Notes: generated by a model not told the origin, from the sequence alone. A stretch of DNA of 64,000 nt from Bacteroidota bacterium (GCA_017303995.1 JAFLBE010000009.1:13993-77992); one strand, 5' to 3'. Shown: positions 29,896 to 39,722, counted from the first letter of the stretch. Numbers and translations: made by a program.

Positions 29896-30801
29896 ATGAA
29901 CTCAAACAAAACGCTTTTCTATTCACTGGCACTTATTCTGTTGCTGATTATCAGTTTTCTCGTTTACCGGAATTACCTTTCCGTTTCGGGTACTTTCGAT
30001 GTGGGCAGTAAACTCGGGGTTGAGTCAGGCTCCATAACCTCACTTGAGCTGAAAACAAACGCTGAATCCATCCTTCTGTCAAAAAAAGATTCGGTCTGGA
30101 TGATCACATCGCCAATTTCAGAACCTGCAGACCCAGAAAAAATGACAGAAATTATCCGGTTGATTACAGAAGCCATGATGGTTGCTCCAATCTCCGAAAA
30201 TCCTGAAAAACAGCACATTTTTGGAGTTGACAGTCTTGGCAAAAAGTTGATCGTTAGCTCTGGATCTGAGGAAAAGTTGTTTTGGGTTGGGAATCCCGGT
30301 CCTGATATGATTTCAACCTATATTCGCAAAGACGGACAGAATGAAGTTATGATTTTTACCGGAAATTTGGGCTCAATCTTTTCGCCGGTCGGTGAATTCC
30401 GGAATAAAAATCTTTTGAAACTTCAGCCAGATTCCGTTGGAAAAGTTGAAGTCACTTCCACGATTGAATCTTTTGTGATGGTGAAAGATTCTGCAGATTG
30501 GTTGATCAGCGGACTTAAAATCGATCCGGAAAAATTGCAACCGTTTGTATCTTCCCTGAATCGTCTTGATGCAGATTATATCGCTGATTCACTTTCAGCA
30601 AAATCAATAAATTACCCGCAGTCACTGACACTTTCGATAACCTCAGGTAATCAGAAGCATGAATTAAAATTTTACAAAATTCCTGAGCGAATGGAATATG
30701 CCGTTACCCGTTCAGGTTCAGATAAAGTGTATCTGATCTCTGACTGGAAAGTTGACCGGCTCAATAAATCGAAAGCCTACTGGACTGGAACCGAAAAATG
30801 A
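29896..30801 (+). CDS. DUF4340-like protein commonly following gldG
   Basis: It has an N-terminal TM anchor and a soluble domain, and is conserved in synteny with the gldAFG-like genes. Confidence 0.45.
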   Translation: MNSNKTLFYSLALILLLIISFLVYRNYLSVSGTFDVGSKLGVESGSITSLELKTNAESILLSKKDSVWMITSPISEPADPEKMTEIIRLITEAMMVAPISENPEKQHIFGVDSLGKKLIVSSGSEEKLFWVGNPGPDMISTYIRKDGQNEVMIFTGNLGSIFSPVGEFRNKNLLKLQPDSVGKVEVTSTIESFVMVKDSADWLISGLKIDPEKLQPFVSSLNRLDADYIADSLSAKSINYPQSLTLSITSGNQKHELKFYKIPERMEYAVTRSGSDKVYLISDWKVDRLNKSKAYWTGTEK

Positions 30802-32573
30802 AAAAACTGTTTTTATTAGCATTAATTGCCTCATTTGTTACCGCTTGTGCCACAAATAAGGCTACGATCTCAGAGAAGGATTTGAAGTCAACCTTGTCTT
30901 ACCTGGCATCTGACGAATTAAAGGGAAGAATGACAGGTTCTGAAGGAATCAGACAGGCTGCTACTTTTATTGCAGATCGTTACAGGGAAATGGGTTTGCA
31001 GCCAATGGGAGATTCCGGTGGATATTTTCGGTATTATGATTTCATTGCCGGTGCTGAACCTGATGCTTCTTCATTTCTTTCTGCGAATGGTAAAAATCTG
31101 GTTTATGGATCCGATTTTACTTTCAAGGGATTCACAGGCACTGCGGATATAAAAGATGCTGAAGTTGTTTTTGCCGGATTTGGTGTCAGGTCTGATTCAT
31201 TAAAATATGATGACTATTCCGGCGTTGATGTTACCGGGAAAGTTGTTGTGGTTCTCAGATACAATCCAGATGGTGATAACCCCCATTCAGTTTACAATCC
31301 GATCTCATCATTCAGAGCAAAAACAAAACTTGCAAAAGAAAAAGGTGCTGCAGCTGTTTTATTTGTAAACAGCAAAGAAGATGACGATGTGTTGCAAAAT
31401 CTAGAGTATGACCGTGCCGGAACACAGGCACTTCCTGCCATTCATGTTAAGCGAACTGTTGTTGACCAATGGCTGAAAATAGCGGGTTTTGAAACACTTT
31501 CTGCTCTTGAAACCGGAATTCAAACTTTGAAACGCCCGGATTCCAAAGTGATTTCAGGTGTAAAAATTTCACTTCATTCCGGACTTCATCTGATTAAAAA
31601 ACCGGCTTACAACGTGGTGGGCTATTTTCCGGGTTCAGATTCTCTGTTGAAAAACGAATATGTCGTTCTTGGCGCTCATTATGACCATTGGGGCATGGGC
31701 GGATCGGGTTCTCTTTATCGTGGAAATGAACCGCAAATTCACAATGGTGCCGACGATAATGCCAGTGGTTCTGCAGGAATTGTTGAACTTGCCCGAACAG
31801 TAATCACTCAGAAAAATCAACCAAAACGGTCATTGATTGTGGCGGCCTTTTCAGGCGAAGAACTTGGTTTATTGGGTTCTGCAGCGTTGGTGAGTCAATT
31901 TCCGGTTCCAACCAGTCAGGTTGTGACCATGTTCAATTTTGACATGATTGGCCGGTTGGATTCGGTCAATCAGCTTGTCATTTATGGAATGGGAACCTCA
32001 TCACAATTTAAATCACTGGCAGATTCGCTAAACAAAACCTATCAGTTCAAGTTATCATTTAAAGATGAAGGTTACGGACCCAGCGATCACTCCAGTTTTT
32101 ATGCAAAAGACATACCGGTCATGTTTTTTCATACCGGACTTCATTCAGACTATCACCGGCCAAGTGATGATGCAAATAAAATTAATTATGCAGGCACCAA
32201 AAAGGTTTTGGACTATGCTTCAGAAATTGTTGAAACGATTGTGAATCAGCCGGTTAAACCTGATTTTATAAAAGTAAAATCTCCGTCAGCCGGTCGGTCG
32301 ATGGCGTTTAATGTGTATATCGGCACGATTCCTGATTATGCCTACAACGATAAAGGGTTAAAAATAACCGGAGTAAATCCGGGTTCACCGGCCGACAAAG
32401 CCGGGTTGAAAGGCGGAGATGTAATTCTTCAGATCGGATCATCTAAAATTGACAATATTTATGATTATACTGATGCACTTTCTTCGCTGAAAGCCGGAAA
32501 AGAGGAAGTGCTGGTTTACAAACGGGATGGAAAAGAAGTCAAAGGCACAATTACTCCCGGAAAACGAAATTGA
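30798..32573 (+). CDS. M28-family zinc peptidase with a C-terminal PDZ domain (lipoprotein)
   Basis: The M28 metal-binding motifs are HYDHWG, NGADDNASG and SGEELGLLGS. The C-terminal PDZ is GLKITGVNPGSPADKAGLKGGDVILQIG. The N-terminus is lipoprotein-like (SFVTAC). Confidence 0.75.
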   Translation: MKKLFLLALIASFVTACATNKATISEKDLKSTLSYLASDELKGRMTGSEGIRQAATFIADRYREMGLQPMGDSGGYFRYYDFIAGAEPDASSFLSANGKNLVYGSDFTFKGFTGTADIKDAEVVFAGFGVRSDSLKYDDYSGVDVTGKVVVVLRYNPDGDNPHSVYNPISSFRAKTKLAKEKGAAAVLFVNSKEDDDVLQNLEYDRAGTQALPAIHVKRTVVDQWLKIAGFETLSALETGIQTLKRPDSKVISGVKISLHSGLHLIKKPAYNVVGYFPGSDSLLKNEYVVLGAHYDHWGMGGSGSLYRGNEPQIHNGADDNASGSAGIVELARTVITQKNQPKRSLIVAAFSGEELGLLGSAALVSQFPVPTSQVVTMFNFDMIGRLDSVNQLVIYGMGTSSQFKSLADSLNKTYQFKLSFKDEGYGPSDHSSFYAKDIPVMFFHTGLHSDYHRPSDDANKINYAGTKKVLDYASEIVETIVNQPVKPDFIKVKSPSAGRSMAFNVYIGTIPDYAYNDKGLKITGVNPGSPADKAGLKGGDVILQIGSSKIDNIYDYTDALSSLKAGKEEVLVYKRDGKEVKGTITPGKRN

Positions 32574-32852
32574 AGCTGATTACAGATCACTTATTACGGG
32601 TTGAAATTGCAATTAAACTCCCCTCCTTTTCAAGGAGGGGCAATCTGTCGTAAGACAGATGGGGTGGTTTCCGTGCCTATTAAAGATTGAGAAAATAACA
32701 AAACCACCCCGGCTTCGCCACCCCCCGAAAGCATTCGGGGCAGGCTCTCCTTGAAAAGGAGGGGAATTTACACCGTAACCTAACCGTAAACCGTACAACG
32801 TACCCCGTTCCACCGACTTATCACTTATAACTTGTAACTTACCACTGATTTC

Positions 32853-33158
32853 ATGTACAAACACCACATCTTTATCTGCGAAAATGAACGTCCGGCTGAT
32901 AACCCCAGGGGAAGTTGTGCTGCAAAAGGTTCGGTAGAATTAACCGCAACCTTTAAAGCTGAACTTGCCAAACGTAAATTAAAAGGAATCGTTCGTTCCA
33001 ATAAATCGGGTTGCCTTGATTTTTGCGAAAAAGGTCCGGTGGTGGTGATTTATCCTGAAGCAGTGTGGTATTCTCCCAAAACAATCGGCGATGTTGTTGA
33101 AATTGTCGAATCTCATATCGATAATGGTATCATTGTCGACAGACTGCTCATGAAATAA
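32853..33158 (+). CDS. thioredoxin-like [2Fe-2S] ferredoxin domain protein
   Basis: Four Cys residues (FICENER..., GSCAAKG, CLDFC) are spaced as in thioredoxin-like [2Fe-2S] ferredoxins. Confidence 0.55.
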   Translation: MYKHHIFICENERPADNPRGSCAAKGSVELTATFKAELAKRKLKGIVRSNKSGCLDFCEKGPVVVIYPEAVWYSPKTIGDVVEIVESHIDNGIIVDRLLMK

Positions 33159-33170
33159 CTGCAGGATTCC

Positions 33171-34709
33171 ATGATTTCAGCCACAACCCCCAAAGTAAGT
33201 TTGGTAAAATCGTTTACCAATCCGTTCAGAAATGCCATTGCTACGGCACGAACCTGTTATTCATCCAAAGGGATAATAACTGATCAGGATGTAAACGAAA
33301 AACATTTTCATATCGCTCACTCCACCTATCAGGCGGGTCATCATACAACGCTTCAACATGCCCATTTCCAGTTTGCTATAACTGATGTGTCTCGTCACAC
33401 CATCTGGAGTTTTCTTCACAGCCACCCGTTTTACAATTCTGAACAGGTCAGTCAGCGTTACGTTGAAGTCAAACCCGGTACTTTTTACGTTCCCCCGATC
33501 TCAGGTTCGGCACTTGAACTTTATCTGGCCACGCAAAACAAGCTGATGGATTACTACCATCAATTAAATGAATCTTTACTTGGCGTAACGACATCTGCGT
33601 ATCTTGATCGGTTTCCGGCAAGAAAAAGTGATCAGAAAAAAATTGACCGGGACGTCAAAAAGAAAACCCAGGAAATAGCACGGTACGTGCTTCCTGTCGG
33701 AACATTTGCCTATTTATATCACACAATTTCAGGCATCACTTTACTTCGTTACTGGCGGTATTGCCGGCAGTATGAAACCCCACAGGAAACCCGTGATCTG
33801 ATTGAGGCCATGGTTCGTCTCATGCTCGATCACGATCCGGAATTTGGAGAAATCATTCAGGAACCGCTGACCCTCGAAGAAACTCCGGAATTCGCCCAGT
33901 TTCAGCAATTCTGGCAAGGGAAAAATCCAACCAAGGAATTTATAAATGAATTTGATCTAAGTCTGGATGGCAGGGTTTCAAAACTGATCGGCTGGTCTGA
34001 ACAGGCAGAATCAACTGTGGCTTCTGCGGTAAGGGAAGTTTATGGCTTAGCCTCATCAGAGCTTTCTGATGTTGAGGCAATCAACAAGCTTTTAAATCCT
34101 GCAGAAAATAAAATCTTTGGTGAAAATCTGAACCTGACAACTCATTCCAAATTGTCACGGGCAATGGTTCACGCTCATTATTCCTTCCGTAAAAAATTAA
34201 GTCATGCTGCCGATTCTCAGGATCAGCGTCACCGGATGACACCCGGAAGCCGGCCGATTTTATCCACCCACATCACAGATGATCCAGATTATATTACACC
34301 GGTTATTGTCAACCTGGATGAAAAATCTAAACGATTGTACGATGAGGCGATGTCGGTTGCCTGGGATGCCATCAGAAAATTAAAATTGTTGGGCGTTTCT
34401 GAAGAATACGCAAATTTTCTGCTTCCAAATGCGGTTTCCGTCCGGTTTACCGAGTCAGGGGATTTGCTGAATCTTCACCACAAGCACCAGATGCGGTTGT
34501 GTTACAATGCTCAGGAAGAAATCTGGCGGGCATCTCTTGATGAAGCTTTGCAAATTTCTGAAGTTCATCCAAATATCGGTCGATTTCTCCTTCCACCGTG
34601 CAGCCAGCGATCAATGAGCGGAACCCGGCCAATTTGTCCGGAAGGGGATCGTTTCTGCGGAATAAAAGTGTGGAGATTAAACCGGGAGGATTATTCCCGG
34701 ATTATCTGA
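33171..34709 (+). CDS. ThyX-like (flavin-dependent thymidylate synthase family) protein, unusually long, probably a tandem/pseudo-dimeric form
   Basis: The N-half has ARTCYSS and SRHTIWSFLHSHPFYNSEQVSQRY, resembling the ThyX motif RHRxxS...SxRY. The C-half has QRHRMTPGS. At 512 aa it is about twice a canonical ThyX. Confidence 0.4.
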   Translation: MISATTPKVSLVKSFTNPFRNAIATARTCYSSKGIITDQDVNEKHFHIAHSTYQAGHHTTLQHAHFQFAITDVSRHTIWSFLHSHPFYNSEQVSQRYVEVKPGTFYVPPISGSALELYLATQNKLMDYYHQLNESLLGVTTSAYLDRFPARKSDQKKIDRDVKKKTQEIARYVLPVGTFAYLYHTISGITLLRYWRYCRQYETPQETRDLIEAMVRLMLDHDPEFGEIIQEPLTLEETPEFAQFQQFWQGKNPTKEFINEFDLSLDGRVSKLIGWSEQAESTVASAVREVYGLASSELSDVEAINKLLNPAENKIFGENLNLTTHSKLSRAMVHAHYSFRKKLSHAADSQDQRHRMTPGSRPILSTHITDDPDYITPVIVNLDEKSKRLYDEAMSVAWDAIRKLKLLGVSEEYANFLLPNAVSVRFTESGDLLNLHHKHQMRLCYNAQEEIWRASLDEALQISEVHPNIGRFLLPPCSQRSMSGTRPICPEGDRFCGIKVWRLNREDYSRII

Positions 34710-34728
34710 TCAATCTGGTCCATTTAAA

Positions 34729-35217
34729 ATGAAATTAAGTCCGTTTGTTACCCGCTGGATGCTGAACCTGTTTCCTCCTTTGTTTTTTAACCGGATCAGG
34801 ATAAAAACGCTGTCTCCCGATTTTACTTATTGTTTGGTTCAGGTCAAAAAATCTTTTCTGAACACAAATCTTCAAAAATCGATTTTTGGCGGAACGATTT
34901 TCAGCGCCGGTGACCCATTTCAGGCCATTATTTACTGGCAATATTTCGCTCACCAGGGAATTTCAGTTCAGGCCTGGCTGAAAAAAGCCCAGATCTCCTA
35001 CCGTCAACCAGCCTTTGGAAACCTCAAACTGGAATTTGTGCTCACAGAATCGGATATTGCAGAAGCAAAATCGGCCTTGGAAGTTTCTGGCCGGTTTGAA
35101 AAGTGGCATGAAATCCCGATTCTGACTGATCAGGGAGACCTTGTGGCCGTGATCAAAACCCTTGTTCACCTTCGGATAGCCGGAGACACTCATCTTTTAC
35201 GGGAACCCAACCCATGA
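34729..35217 (+). CDS. hotdog-fold thioesterase-like protein (DUF4442/YiiD_C-like)
   Basis: The size and residue pattern resemble DUF4442. This is a weak call. Confidence 0.35.
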   Translation: MKLSPFVTRWMLNLFPPLFFNRIRIKTLSPDFTYCLVQVKKSFLNTNLQKSIFGGTIFSAGDPFQAIIYWQYFAHQGISVQAWLKKAQISYRQPAFGNLKLEFVLTESDIAEAKSALEVSGRFEKWHEIPILTDQGDLVAVIKTLVHLRIAGDTHLLREPNP

Positions 35218-36404
35218 CTTACCATCCATTATCATTCGAAATTTTTAAACGGTTTTTCCCGGAAGGAAGACGGCTTGACAGTTTATTCCGTCAGGTTTTT
35301 AAAGAAAACAGAGTCAACCCGAAAGAAAAACGGATTATCTATTATGAAGTAACCGGCTTTATTCGTCTGTTTCCGGCTTGGATGGCTGTAAATGAACCTG
35401 GAAAACCAATCGATGAAGCAGAATGGACAACCATTTTAAAAGCGATTAAGGATTTCGACTGGGAAGCTCATGCTGAAAAACTGATAAACCTTCCTAATAA
35501 AACCAAAATTACGCCGGCTCTTTTATCTGAATTTGCTTTGCCTGTTTTATTTCGCTCCTGGATTGGTGAATCGGTGCCTGACCCGTTGGTTTTAAACTTT
35601 CTCAAGAAATCAGTCATGACCCGGCCAGTTTATCTCAGGGAAATTCAGGACCAGGTTCAGGTTGACCCTGATCTTGAACCCGTTTATGGGATTCCCGGTG
35701 CCTGGAAACTCAATAATCCAATTCTTGATTTTGCTGACGATTGGTTTCAGTCCGGTCAGTTTGAAATTCAGGATCTTTCCGGGCAACTTGCTTCGCTGAT
35801 GGTGAATCCAAAGCCCAATGATAAAGTGATGGATGCCTGTGCCGGTCACGGCGGAAAAACAATTGCTCTGGCCGGTTTGATGAAAGGAAAGGGCAAAATT
35901 GTTACCATCCATGTTTCTGATGCTGATATTCAAACCCTGAAACTTCGGGCGAGAAAGCACGGAATCGGTAATATTTCGCCCATGAAGCTGGATTCACCTG
36001 CCCTGGATGCCCTAAAAGGAACGATGGACATCGTCTGGGTTGATGCACCTTGTACAGGTTCAGGTGTGATCAGGCGGAATCCGGAAGTGATTTACCGGCT
36101 GAGTGAAACGGTGATCAAAAAAATGGAAGAAGAACAACTCATTTTGCTGAACCACTATTCTCAGTATGTGAAACCAGGTGGTAAATTGGTTTATTCAACC
36201 TGCTCAGTTTTTCAAAATGAAAATGAAGCAGTTATTCAGGATTTCAAAACTGAACACAAAGATGAGATGAGTTTGGGTTCCTTTGCTCCGGGTCTCAATT
36301 ATTATCATCTTGCTTTGCCTGATATTAATCCAATCAGACTAGGGTTTGCAGACGAACCGGATTCTGACGGATTTTTCCTGTCTGTTCTCACGAAAAAAAA
36401 GTAA
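35214..36404 (+). CDS. rsmB: RsmB/NOP (Sun) family RNA cytosine-C5 methyltransferase
   Basis: The SAM-binding motif is DACAGHGGKT. The catalytic motifs are DAPCTGSGVIRRNPE and VYSTCS. Confidence 0.7.
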   Translation: MTYHPLSFEIFKRFFPEGRRLDSLFRQVFKENRVNPKEKRIIYYEVTGFIRLFPAWMAVNEPGKPIDEAEWTTILKAIKDFDWEAHAEKLINLPNKTKITPALLSEFALPVLFRSWIGESVPDPLVLNFLKKSVMTRPVYLREIQDQVQVDPDLEPVYGIPGAWKLNNPILDFADDWFQSGQFEIQDLSGQLASLMVNPKPNDKVMDACAGHGGKTIALAGLMKGKGKIVTIHVSDADIQTLKLRARKHGIGNISPMKLDSPALDALKGTMDIVWVDAPCTGSGVIRRNPEVIYRLSETVIKKMEEEQLILLNHYSQYVKPGGKLVYSTCSVFQNENEAVIQDFKTEHKDEMSLGSFAPGLNYYHLALPDINPIRLGFADEPDSDGFFLSVLTKKK

Positions 36405-36414
36405 TAATTTCTGA

Positions 36415-36831
36415 ATGACTGAAGAAAATTCAGAATCCGTTTACACAAATGAACAAAGAAATCTGCTCTTAAAAGGGATTGTTTCTTTTCAAAACGGAGA
36501 TTATTTTGAAGCTCATGATCTGATCGAAGAAGCCTGGCAGGAGTTGAGGGGCAACCCTAAAATTTTCTGGCAGGCCGTTATTCAACTGTCAGTTTCGTTT
36601 TACCATTTTTCTTCAGGGAATCGATCTGGGGCAACCGGATTGGCCCGCAAGGCTAACCTAAAAATAAATTCTCTTCCTGCTTTTTTCAATCCGGAAATCA
36701 AATCTGACTTTCTGAATCTCACTTCGGAATGGTCCAACCTTTCTCATATTGCTGAAATGCCTGAGTTTCCACCCGAAATTGTTACCGAATTGAAACGATT
36801 GCTTACTCCCGATTTGCTCAACGAAAAGTAA
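36415..36831 (+). CDS. DUF309-domain protein
   Basis: GDYFEAHDLIEEAWQE is the DUF309 hallmark. Confidence 0.5.
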   Translation: MTEENSESVYTNEQRNLLLKGIVSFQNGDYFEAHDLIEEAWQELRGNPKIFWQAVIQLSVSFYHFSSGNRSGATGLARKANLKINSLPAFFNPEIKSDFLNLTSEWSNLSHIAEMPEFPPEIVTELKRLLTPDLLNEK

Positions 36832-36957
36832 CCGTACTGTCATTTTCATCGTATTTACCGGATGTGAATTTTTGATAACCTGATTAATAGCTTATTTTTA
36901 CACCATGACATCACCCTCATTAAAATCCTTGTCTCCTGCTTCTGTGGCTGACCTGAA

Positions 36958-37836
36958 ATGAAAATCCCAGGTTTTATTTCCAAACTTCTACTTGATGCCG
37001 AAGGTAAATTTCGTTACGAAACTATATTAGTGGCATTTTGGCTTGGAAGTATTCTGCTTTCAATGGTTTTTGTGCTCCTATTCGCTGTAATATTTTTTAT
37101 GTCTGACAGCGTAATCATGAAGAAACTGGTCATCTTCCAAAGTATTCTGCTTGGGTTTCTTTCGGGTACATTTGCTGCCTGGTATTTCTTTTCCAAATCA
37201 ACCGAGTTAAACATCAGTCTTGGTTTGACGGATTGGAAATGGCTCAAATTTGTAAAAGGTTTTTTTATCAGCGGACTAGCAGTTGTTCTTCTTTTTTCAA
37301 TTGGATGGGGTTTGGGTTGGGTTGAAATTATTCCTCAATGGAATATGATGCCACTTGGGCTAATCATCCAGGGAACCGGCATCCTTATTTTTCTGACTTT
37401 GATGCCAACTCTCACAGAAGAACTGATGTTCAGAGGGTTTCCACTTCAGATTAATCTGACAAAAAAGGACAGACTTTACAGAATTGTGCTTCTTTCCGGA
37501 ATATTCAGTTTGCTTCATTTTACTGTTTCAGGCGTAACTCCGTTAAGTTTTCTCTCCTTTTTTCTTTTGGGAATCTGGTTTTCACTGGGGAATCTTGCTG
37601 AAGGAACCGTCTGGTATTCCAGCGGACTTCATTTTGGCTGGAACTATGTTCAGACAGCTGTTTTTGGACTTTCCGCCAAAGAAATGGGAATTCCCGGACA
37701 GTCATTTTTCTCAGTTTCTTACCCGCAGGAAAGCACGTATTGGGTAATTGGGGATTCTCACGGATTGGAAAATGGAGTTATAACCATTGCCCTGATCGTA
37801 CTTTTCATCCTGATGGAGAAATACCGTAATTCATGA
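36958..37836 (+). CDS. CPBP-family intramembrane glutamic endopeptidase (CAAX protease-like)
   Basis: It is multi-TM with the motifs TEELMFRGF (EExxxR) and FSLLHF. Confidence 0.65.
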   Translation: MKIPGFISKLLLDAEGKFRYETILVAFWLGSILLSMVFVLLFAVIFFMSDSVIMKKLVIFQSILLGFLSGTFAAWYFFSKSTELNISLGLTDWKWLKFVKGFFISGLAVVLLFSIGWGLGWVEIIPQWNMMPLGLIIQGTGILIFLTLMPTLTEELMFRGFPLQINLTKKDRLYRIVLLSGIFSLLHFTVSGVTPLSFLSFFLLGIWFSLGNLAEGTVWYSSGLHFGWNYVQTAVFGLSAKEMGIPGQSFFSVSYPQESTYWVIGDSHGLENGVITIALIVLFILMEKYRNS

Positions 37837-38954
37837 TTCTTTTTACTTTTCTTCTTCTTTTTACGGGTACATCCAATTTTATTCCGCCAGATTCTGACGG
37901 ATTAAAAAAGGGGATTGAGCAGATTTACCAAACCAACTTTGATGAAGCCAGTCTTGTCTTTAAAACGTATCAAAGAAGATTTCCAAATCGGCCTGAAGGA
38001 TATTTTCTCGAATCGATGGTGGTTTGGTGGAAGGTTTTACTTCAAATTGATTCTGAACAGGCAGACTCTCAGTTTTACAATTCAATCGACAAAACCATTG
38101 CAAGGCTAGAACAGATTTCGAATGCAAACCGGAACAGGGAAGTTGCAGATTATTATATTGCGGGAGCCTACGGGTTTAAAGCCAGACTGCTTGCGATTCG
38201 TGAAAAATGGTTAAGTGCAGCAAACAATGGGAGATTGGCCTATCCCGTTCTGGCCAAAGGACTTGCAGGAGATTACGGTTTCATTGACGGAAAGTTTGGA
38301 ACAGGAATTTATCTGTATTATGCGGAACGGGTTCCCGCAAAATATCCGATCATAAAGCCATTGATGGTTTTTTTCCCGGAAGGAAACCGGCTAAAAGGAC
38401 TTTCTCATCTTGAAGAAGTTATGAATGGCGGTTATTTTACCAAATATGAATCAGCATGGTTTTTAATGCAGATTTATCTCAATTTTGAATCTTATTTTGA
38501 AAAGGCAAGGATAGTGGGTGAACGTCTTTATACCCAGTTTCCGGGAAATCCGCATATTCAGCTTAACTACGGTAATGCATTATTTCAAACCGGGAAAAAT
38601 GAATCAGCCAAAGAAATATTCGAAAGTTATCTGGTATCTATTCAATCAGGTAAACCTTACTTTTTTCCATATCAGCAGGTTCAGTGTTCCTATTTTCTTG
38701 GCGCCATTAATCAAAGGTTAAAAAAGCAGGATACCGCACTTTCACTTTATGAAACTGCAATTGAAATCTATCTAAAATCACCCAAAAAGTCACAACAAAG
38801 TTATTACATTGAATCATTGCTTGAAGCAGGTAGTCTTTATTTGCGTCAGGATAAAAAAGACAAGGCACGCCAAAAGTTCAATCTGGTATTAAAATACCCA
38901 GATCAGCATAATTGGCACCAAAGAGCCCGGGACGGGCTAAAAAGACTGAGTTAA
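37833..38954 (+). CDS. TPR-repeat protein, secreted
   Basis: It has a signal peptide and tetratricopeptide-like repeats. I recognised no catalytic motif. Confidence 0.45.
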   Translation: MILFTFLLLFTGTSNFIPPDSDGLKKGIEQIYQTNFDEASLVFKTYQRRFPNRPEGYFLESMVVWWKVLLQIDSEQADSQFYNSIDKTIARLEQISNANRNREVADYYIAGAYGFKARLLAIREKWLSAANNGRLAYPVLAKGLAGDYGFIDGKFGTGIYLYYAERVPAKYPIIKPLMVFFPEGNRLKGLSHLEEVMNGGYFTKYESAWFLMQIYLNFESYFEKARIVGERLYTQFPGNPHIQLNYGNALFQTGKNESAKEIFESYLVSIQSGKPYFFPYQQVQCSYFLGAINQRLKKQDTALSLYETAIEIYLKSPKKSQQSYYIESLLEAGSLYLRQDKKDKARQKFNLVLKYPDQHNWHQRARDGLKRLS

Positions 38955-38981
38955 AACCAGTTACAGACAAGGTTTATAAAA

Positions 38982-39722
38982 ATGGATATTTTTTATTTGC
39001 TGCTTATGCTGATCACAATTTCAGCAGCACAGTACATTGGCGGCATGCTGGTTCTGAAAGGCACTGGCTGGATCAAATCCTCACAGGAATACTTTCTTGC
39101 CCTTTCCGCCGGATTTTTACTTTCGCTTGCTCTGGTTAACCTTATTCCGGAATCTTTGGAATTATCTGAAATGGCACCCTTTTACGTCATTTTGGGATTT
39201 GGTATTCTTCACCTTTTTGAACATACCGTCTTTAGGCACATGCATTTTGGTGAGGAGAAACATTTCCACGACGTAAAAAAAATAGCTTTTGTTCTTCCTA
39301 CCTTTGCCGGACTTTTTATTCATACCATTTTCGACGGAATTGCATTGTCAGCAGTTTTTCTGCACGAATGGTCACTAGGCGTTCTGGTTTTTGTTGGTTT
39401 GATGCTTCACAAGTTACCCGAAGGGCTAACTATTGCCTCGGTTACGATTGCTGCTAACATGAAAGCATCCTCGGGTCATAAAGTTGTCCTGACGCTTGCA
39501 ACCGGAAGTTTCATCGGGTTGCTGATTGTTGTTTTTCTTGAAAAAATCAGCCCGGAACTTTCAGGCGGATTACTTGGCTTCGCAGGTGGAATTGCACTCT
39601 ATATTTGCACGGCAGATTTGATACCCGAGGTTAATAAATCAAAGAAGAAACTCGTCCCGGTAACCCTTTTTGCTGGTATGTTTCTTTATTGGTTGATTGT
39701 TCAGCTTTTTCATCACCACTGA
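38982..39722 (+). CDS. ZIP-family metal (Zn/Fe) transporter
   Basis: It is an 8-TM protein with the HKLPEGL ZIP signature and a His-rich loop. Confidence 0.7.
   Translation: MDIFYLLLMLITISAAQYIGGMLVLKGTGWIKSSQEYFLALSAGFLLSLALVNLIPESLELSEMAPFYVILGFGILHLFEHTVFRHMHFGEEKHFHDVKKIAFVLPTFAGLFIHTIFDGIALSAVFLHEWSLGVLVFVGLMLHKLPEGLTIASVTIAANMKASSGHKVVLTLATGSFIGLLIVVFLEKISPELSGGLLGFAGGIALYICTADLIPEVNKSKKKLVPVTLFAGMFLYWLIVQLFHHH

Noticed and set aside
32613-32867. Minus-strand 84-aa ORF overlapping the nested inverted-repeat element
   Set aside because: It lies entirely within the palindromic hairpin-rich intergenic element. Its Gly/Pro/Arg-rich translation is typical of a GC-rich hairpin read-through. 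It overlaps the start of the ferredoxin gene.
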